Position numbers and translations under genes: made by a program
From: the human T2T-CHM13v2.0 reference genome, Homo sapiens
Length of the DNA: 64,000 nucleotides
NCBI RefSeq assembly: GCF_009914755.1
Contig: NC_060927.1
Reading direction: 5' to 3' (one strand)
The notes under the pieces: generated by a model
Databases searched by the model: none
What the model saw: only the letters and a program-made list of their open reading frames with translations
What the model was told of the DNA's origin: nothing
Shown here: in pieces, positions 47,070 to 64,000 of the stretch
Numbering within the stretch: the stretch's first letter is position 1
How the letters are laid out: every line of letters starts with the position of its first letter

Positions 47070-49510
47070 TGTCTTTGAGATCAGTATTGATGTCTCTTCT
47101 TTAACTCCTGTTATTTGTAATTTGTATCTTCTCTTTTTTCCTTATCCATCTGCCTAGAAGTTTATCAATTGTATTGATTCTCATGATTCTCACAAAGAAT
47201 CAACTTTTGGGTGCGTTGCTCTTCTTTATTGTGTTTCTATATTCGATTTCATTGAATTCTGCTTTGATCACTTAAATTTCTTTGCTTTTGCTTACCTGGG
47301 GTTTAATTTGATCTTCTTTCTCTAGTTTTTAAAGTGGAAACAGTTAATTAATTTGAGAACTTTCTTCTTTTCTAATATGTGCCTATAGTACTATAAATTT
47401 CCTCCCAAATTCTACTTTAGTGTCATCTTGTTTTTTAAAATTAAACTTTTTGAGATAATTAATTGTAGATGCACATGTAGTTATAAGAAATAATACAGAG
47501 ATATCCATATTCTTTCACCTACTTTGCTCCAATTGTAGCATCTTAGAAAACTATAGTGTAATATCACAACCAGGATATTGACATTATACAATCAAGATAC
47601 AAAACATTTCTATCACCACAAGGATTCTTCATATTGCTCTTTTATGGTCACACCTTGTCCCTCCAACCCCATCCTTGACCCCTAACAACCACTAATTTGT
47701 TTTTCATTTCAATAATTTTGCCACTTCAAAAATGTTATATAAATGGAATCATACAGTTTATAATTTTTGGCGATTGGCCATTTTCACTCAGTATAACTCT
47801 CTGAAGATTCATTCATATTGTTGCATGTATCAATAGTTTATTCCTTTATACTGAATTGGATAATATTCCATGGTATAGATGTACCACAGTGTAGCCATTC
47901 ACCTGTTCAAAGAAATTTGACTTGTTTCTGGTTTTTGGCTATTCTTACTAAACAACTATGATCATCTGTGTACATATTTTTGTGTGAACCTAAGTTTTTG
48001 TTTCTCTGGTGTAAATGCCCAGGAGTACAACTGAAGGGTCATGTGGTAATTAGATATTTTAGTTTTAATTTTTTTAGTGTACCATTCAGCGTTATTAAAT
48101 ACATTTATATTATGCAACCATCATCACCGTCCTTTTCTGTAAATCTTTCACTTTGTAAAACTGAAACTCTACACCCATTAAATTATAACTCTCCATGTCC
48201 CTCTTCTTCTAGCCCCTGGAAACCACCATTCTGCTTTCTGTTTCTATAATTTTTACTACTCTAGGTAACTTATATAAGTGAAAGCATACAGTATTCTTCT
48301 TTTTTGTGACTGGCTTATTTCATTCAGCATAATGTCCTCAACGTTTATCCATGTTGAAGCATATGTGAGAACTTCCTTCCTTTTTAAGACTGAATAATAT
48401 TTCATTGTGTGTATATATCACATTTTGATATCTGTTCGTTAATTTATGGGCACTTGTTTTTTCCATGTTTTAGCTATTATGAATAATATTGCTATGAACA
48501 TGGGTGTACAAATATCTCTTTGAAATGTTGCTTTTAGTTCTTTTGGGTATATATCCAGAAGAAGAATTGCTGGATCATATGATAATTGTATTTTTAATTT
48601 TTTGAGGAACTGTCATTCTGTTTCTCATAGCAGCTATACTGGTTTACATTTTCACCAATAGTAATTGCCCTTTGATGCAAATATTTTAAATTTTAATGAA
48701 GTTCAAGTTGGCTATTTTTTTCTTTTGTTGCCTGTGCTTTGGTGTCATATGTAAGAAATCTTTACCAAATCCAATGGAATGAAGCTTTTACCCTGTTTTC
48801 TTCTAAGAGTTTTATAGTTTTAGGTTTTGCATTTGGGCCTTTTATCCATTTCTGAGTGAATTTTTGTATATAGTAAAAGGGTCTAATCTCACTATTTGGC
48901 ATGTGGATATCCCATTTTCCCAGAACCATTTGTTGACAAGACTGTCTTATCCATTGAATGGTACTGGCACCCTTGTCAAAAAATTATTTGATCATACATG
49001 TTAGGGTTTGTTTGTGGGCTCTCCTATTCTATTCCACTGATCTATAGGTATGTTTCTATGTTACTACTACACTGTTTTTATTTACTGTAGCTTTGTAGAT
49101 TGGAAACCAGATAGTGTGAAATTTGAAATTAGATGAATTTTCAGCACTTATTGAAATGATCGGATAGTTTTTGTTATTGATTATGTTACTGTGATATATG
49201 ATATTTATTGATTTGCATATGCTGAACCATTCATGAATTCCTGAGATGATTCCCACTTGATAATGATAAGTGATTTTTAAAAAATATGTTGTCTTGTTGA
49301 AATTGATTTGTGAGTATTTTGTTGAGGATTTTTGCATCTAGGTTTATCGAGGATATTGGCTTGTAGTGTTCTTTTTTGTTCTGTCTTTGTTGGTTTTGGT
49401 ATTAGGATAATGCCGGCCTCATAGATGAGATTGAAAGTATTCCCTGCTTTTCAATTTTTTTCTTAAGAGTTTGAGTAGAAGTAGTATTAGTTCTTTAAAT
49501 GTTTGGTAGA
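47070..49510 (-). mobile_element. Nested old L1M fragments
   Basis: Several antisense L1 3'UTR/ORF2 remnants, e.g. RT-like peptide at 49056-49337. Confidence 0.72.
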
Positions 49511-52785
<3,275 letters not shown>

Positions 52786-53128
52786 GGAATTCAGCCATGA
52801 TACTATCAGGTCTTGGGATTTTCTTTGGTGAAAGATTTTTTTTAAATTACTGTTTAAATCTTATTACTCATTTTTGATCTGTTCAGGATATCTATTTCTT
52901 CATATTTCAATCTTGGTAGGTTGTATATGTCTAGAAATTTATCAATTTCTTTGAAGTTTTAAAATTTGTTGGTGCATAGTTGTTCGTAATAGTTTCTAAT
53001 GAGCCTTTGTATTTCTGTGGTATGAAATATAATATCTCCTTTTTAGTTTTTGATTTTATTTAGTTTTTTTTTTCCCCCGTGATACATCTCTTTGTTCACT
53101 GAGGTCAATTAGAGGCTATACTTTAGTC

Positions 53129-59295
<6,167 letters not shown>

Positions 59296-59361
59296 AGTTG
59301 TGTGATTTTCTAGAGTAGCGCTAAGCTGCTTGGCCTAGCAAGCCTGGGCTGGGATTTTTAG

Positions 59362-62300
59362 GTCTCTCTTTTGTTCTTACTCTAGCTAAAGGTTTTCAAT
59401 TTCGTTTATTTTTTCAAAACATCATTTTTATTTTGTTGATATTTGTTTAGTCTCAATTTTATATCTTTATACTCTAATGTTTATTATTTCTTTCCTTCTA
59501 CTAATTTTGGGTTTGAATTTTTCTTGCTTTCCATTTCTTGAGGTGCAGTGTTAGGCTGTTCATTTGAAGTCTTTCTAATTTTTATGATGTAGGCTTTTTA
59601 TTGCTATAAACAACTTTCTTCTTAGAACTGCTTTTGCTGTATTTCATAGGTTTTAGTATGTTGTGTTTCCATTTTAATTTGTCTCAAGAAAATTTTCAAT
59701 TTTCTTTTAAACTTCTTCATTAAACCATTCATTGTTTAGGAATATGTTGCTTAATAATTATGATTTTGTACAGTTTCTGATATTCCTTCTGTGGTTTACT
59801 TCTAATTTTATCCCATTATGGTCAGAAAAGTTATTTAATAGTTTTGACTTCTAAAAATTTATTAAGATTTGTTTCGTGACCTAACATATGGTCTGTCCTA
59901 GAGAATGTTGCATGTGCTGTTGAGAAAAATGTGTATTCTGCGGCTATTGGATGCAATGTTCTATAAATGTCTGTTTGGTCCATTTGGTCAAGAGTTCAGT
60001 TTAGCTCTGATGTTTCTTAGTTGATTTTCTGTTCAGATGATCTGTCTAATGCTGAACATGGAGTGCTGTGGTTTTCTACTGTTATTGTGTCACAGTCAGT
60101 CTCTCTCTTTAGGTCTGTTAATATTTGTCTTTTATATTTGGGTGCTCTGGTGTTGACTGCATATATCTTTATAACTGTAATATCCTGTTATTGTATTGAC
60201 CCCTTCATCATCATATAATGACCTTCTGTATCTTTTTTTATCATTCTTGACTAAATTTTATTTTGTCTGATATAAGTATAGCTACTGCTGCTGTATGTTG
60301 GCTTCCATTTGCATGTAATATCTTATTCATCCCTTCACTTTCAGTTTGTGCATGTCTATACTGGTAAATAGAGTTTCTTGTAGACAGTATATAGTTGGAT
60401 GTTTTAAAAATCCATTCAGCCACCCTGCATTTTAATTTTTAAAATAAATTTCAAAAGCTTTGGGGGTACAGATTGTTTCTGGTTACATAGATAAGTTTTT
60501 TAGTGGTGATTTCTGATATTTTAGTGCACCTGTTACCTGAGCATTGTATACTATACCCAATATATAGTCTTTTATCCCTCCCCCGTTCTGAGTATCCAAA
60601 GTCCATTATATCACTCTTATGCCTTTGCATCCTCATAGCTTAGCTCTCACTTAAAACATATGATATTTGATTCTTTATTCCTGAGTTACTTCACTTAGAA
60701 TAATGGCCTCCCGCTCCATCTAAGTTCCTGCAAGAGGCATTATGTCATTCCTTTTTATGGCTGAGTAGCATTTGTATATATGCCATTTTTTCTTTATCTA
60801 CTTGTTGGTTGATAGACACTTAGGTTAGTTCCATATCTTTGCAATTGTGAATTGTGCCACCATAAACGTGTGTGCATGCATCTTTTTCATATAATGACTT
60901 ATTTTCCTTTGGGTAGATACTCAGTAGTGGGATTGCTAGATCAAATGGTAATTTTACTTGTGGTTCTTTAAGGAACGTCTATACTGTTTTCCATAGTGTT
61001 TGTACTAATTTACATTCCTATCAGCAGTGTAAAAGTGTTCCCTTTTTACCACATCCATGCCAACATCTATTTTTTTTTTTAACTTTTAATTTATAGCCAT
61101 GCTTGCAGGAGTAAGGTGTAATCTCATCATGGTTTTAATTTGCATTTCCCTGATAATTAGTGATGTTGAGTGTTTTTTCATATGTTTGTTGGTTGGTTGT
61201 GTATCTTTTTTGAGAATTATCTATTCATGTCCTTTGCTCATTTTTCGATGGGATTATTTGTGTTTTTTTTTTTTTTTCTTGTTAATTTGTTTGAGTTCCT
61301 TGTAGATTCTGGATACTAGTCCTTTGTTGGCTGGATAGTTTGTGAAGATTTTCTTTCACTCTGTGGGTTGTCTGTTTGCTGATTATTTCTTTTGCTCTAC
61401 AGAGCTTTTTAGTTTAATTAGGTCCCATTTATTTTTGGTTTTGTTGTATTTGCTTTTGGAGTCTTAGGCATGAATTCTTGCCTAAGTCAATGTCTTGAGG
61501 AGTTTTTCCAAAGTTATCTTGTAGAATTTTTATCGTTTCAGGTCTTATATTTAAGTCTTTTATCTATATTGACTTGATTTTTGTGTAAAGTGAGAGATGG
61601 AGATCCAGTTTTATTTTTCTACATGTGGCTTGCACTCTTTTAATTGAAGACTTTTGTCCACTTACCTTCAAGATTATTTTCTGTTTACATTTTATTACTT
61701 GTTTTCTGGTTGTTTTGTAGATACTTTCTTTCTGTTTTCCTCTGTTACTGTTTTCCTTTGTGGTTAAGTGAATTTCTCTGGTAGTATGTTTTGATTTTGT
61801 GCTACTTATTTTTAGTCTATTACAGGTTTTTGCATTGTGGTTACTATGAGGCTTCCAAAAAATCAGGTCATTTAAAACTGATTATGACTTAACTTTTATT
61901 GCATAGAGAAGAAAAGTATTATAAGAAAACCAAACCCTACCCTTTAACACCCCCCCAATAATTTGATTTATTGGTGTTTCAGTTTACGTCTTTTTATATT
62001 ATCTGTTTCTTAACCAGTTATTGTAGTAATTATTGATTTTAATAGGTTTTTGTCTTTTAGCCTTCATACTCAAGATGTAAATGGCTTACTTATTCAAATT
62101 ACAGTTTTAGAATATTCTGAATTAGTCTTTTTTTCTTTTATCAGTGAATTTTACACCTTCAAATGTTTTCTTATTATACACTAGTGCCCATTTATTTTAG
62201 ATTGAATAGCTTTTAGTATTTCTTGTAAGACAGGTCACATTTTGATGAATTCTCTCAGCTTCTGTTTGTTTGGGAATCTTTGAATGTGTTTAAATGATAC

Positions 62301-63504
62301 TTTTGCTGGGTACAGTATTTTTGGATGGCAATTTTTCCCATCTCTTTTTCAATATAACATCCCATTATCATCTGGACAGCAGGATTTCTGCTGAGAAATC
62401 TGCTGCAATCTGTATTCAGGATGCTGTTCAATATGATGTTTCTTTTCTTTTGTTGCTTTGAGTATCCTGTCTTTTCATTTCACTGATTATGATATGCCTT
62501 AGAGATTTCTCCTTTGGGTTGAATTTGATGGGTGGCCCCTGAACTTCCTATACCTGGACGATGTCTTCTTTCTCTAGATTTTGGAATTTTTAAACCATTA
62601 TTATTATTTTTTTTACATGTGCTTTCCAGGTCTTTTTCTTCGTGTCTCCTGAACACTGGCCTGCTGTTTTTTTCCATTCTAGGGGAACTTATATTGAGCA
62701 CAGGAACTAAAACAATTCACTGGAACTAACTTATTGCTCTTCCATTGTTGTCTGGTCTGGGGAAGACTTACAGTGAACAACAGAACTTAAATGCTGCTCT
62801 GGAATTAAAACCCTGCCCTGTTGTTTCCTGAACTGGGGAACACTTACAGTGAGCACCAAATGTTAGACATTGCCCCAGAACTGTATTGTAGCCCTGCCAT
62901 TGTTTCCCAGTCTGGGGAAGACTTAAGCAGAAACTAGGACTTAATTCTGACATTTTAGTTATTTCTCTGTAGGGGGGAGGTTCCAGATTGAGCATCTGGG
63001 CATTGGGAAAAATCTGGTTAGAAATTTGGGCCTTCCTGCAGATTGCGTTCTCTGCAGCCTTATGGTACCAGTCAGTTGCTTTTACAATTTTATTTATTTA
63101 AGAAAATTTTTTTGTAAATTTTTCAAGTGCAATTTTGTTACATGGATATATTGAGTAGTGGAGAAATTGAGGATTTTGTACCCGTCACCCAAGTAGTGTA
63201 CATTGTACTCAGTAGGTACTATTTTATCCTTCACCCGCACCCCCCCCAACTCCTTAACTCCATCCCACCTTTTGGAGCCTCCAATGTCTATTATTCAACT
63301 CTGTGTGTCTATGTGTACCCACTGTTTAGCTTCTGCTAAACATGTGGTTAGTGAGAACATGTGGTTTTTGACTTTCTATTTCTTTCTATTTCTGAGTCAT
63401 TTCACATCTTAGGATAGTGGCCTCCAGTTCCATCCATATTGCTGCAAAATACACGACTTTATTCTTTTTATGGCTGAGTAGTATTCCATGGCACATGCAT
63501 ACAT

Positions 63505-63535
<31 letters not shown>

Positions 63536-64000
63536 TTCATCTATATACACACATATATAAGCACCATGGAATAATACATATATGTACACACACATATATG
63601 TGTGTATATATATATCACATTTTATATATGTGTATATATGTGTATGTATATATATATATACACACATATATATATATGTCTGTGCCATGGAATACTGGTA
63701 TAATATACTATTATAATATCCATGCGCACACATGCATGCACACACACACAGAAGTGTATATGACTGTTTTTTAACCAACCCTTCATATCATTCATTGATG
63801 AGCACTTAGATTGATTCCATGACTTTGCTATTGTGGCCAGTGCTGTGACCTACTGTGACAAACGGGGAATGTGATGTCTCTAGCTTTATTCTTTTTGCTT
63901 AGAATTTCTTTGGCTATTGGGACATTTTTTTGGTTTATATGAATTTTACAATTATTCTTATTCTATGGGGAATGATGTTGGCATTGGTAATTTGATAGGA
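59362..64000 (-). mobile_element. Nested older L1s (L1M host with L1PB-like inserts at about 60445-61630 and 63110-64000)
   Basis: Continuous antisense L1-like sequence; EN peptide at 60241-60423; two L1PB-type 3' ends. Confidence 0.78.
63492..63750. repeat. (CA)n/(TA)n alternating purine-pyrimidine low-complexity tract
   Basis: Directly visible dinucleotide runs within an L1 3' region. Confidence 0.92.

Noticed and set aside
53110-53128. gctatacttt resembling the U3 snoRNA 5' end
   Set aside because: Only about 9-10 nt match and nothing further aligns.
63386-63778. 130-aa minus-strand ORF
   Set aside because: Translation of CA/TA dinucleotide repeats plus an L1 tail.

Overview
Primate (very probably human/great-ape, given AluY and L1PA2-like elements) genomic DNA containing the 5' end of the neuronal gene STXBP5L (tomosyn-2) on the + strand. 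It has a CpG-island promoter with a probable non-coding exon 1 (~70-200), coding exon 2 (1437-1633, ATG at 1445), a ~45 kb intron, and a 98-nt coding exon 3 (46806-46903). The donor of exon 3 is a U12-type (minor spliceosome) site, GTATCCTT. The rest is intronic and dominated by retroelements, mostly antisense to the gene: L1s of many ages, Alus with clear TSDs, MIR/L2, MaLR LTRs and a Tigger3a. Almost all ORFs in the track are L1/Alu remnants or low-complexity artefacts. Most notable observations: (1) the U12 donor is followed 65 nt downstream by a strong U2 donor whose use gives an immediate stop, a possible poison switch; (2) a near full-length antisense L1PA inside that minor intron keeps an open, extended ORF0 pointing in the gene's direction; (3) L1 copies share private mutations, pointing to gene conversion both within a 3.3-kb-arm inverted L1 pair and between direct copies flanking exon 3; (4) a C18orf32 processed pseudogene nested in an L1 and split by an AluY; (5) an orphan poly(A) retrocopy with a triplicated target site; (6) a 117-bp inverted templated copy, a 103-bp tandem duplication and an extreme twin-primed L1; (7) an RE1/NRSE-like site at the TSS. 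Subfamily calls and gene identities come from recalled sequence, not from database searches.
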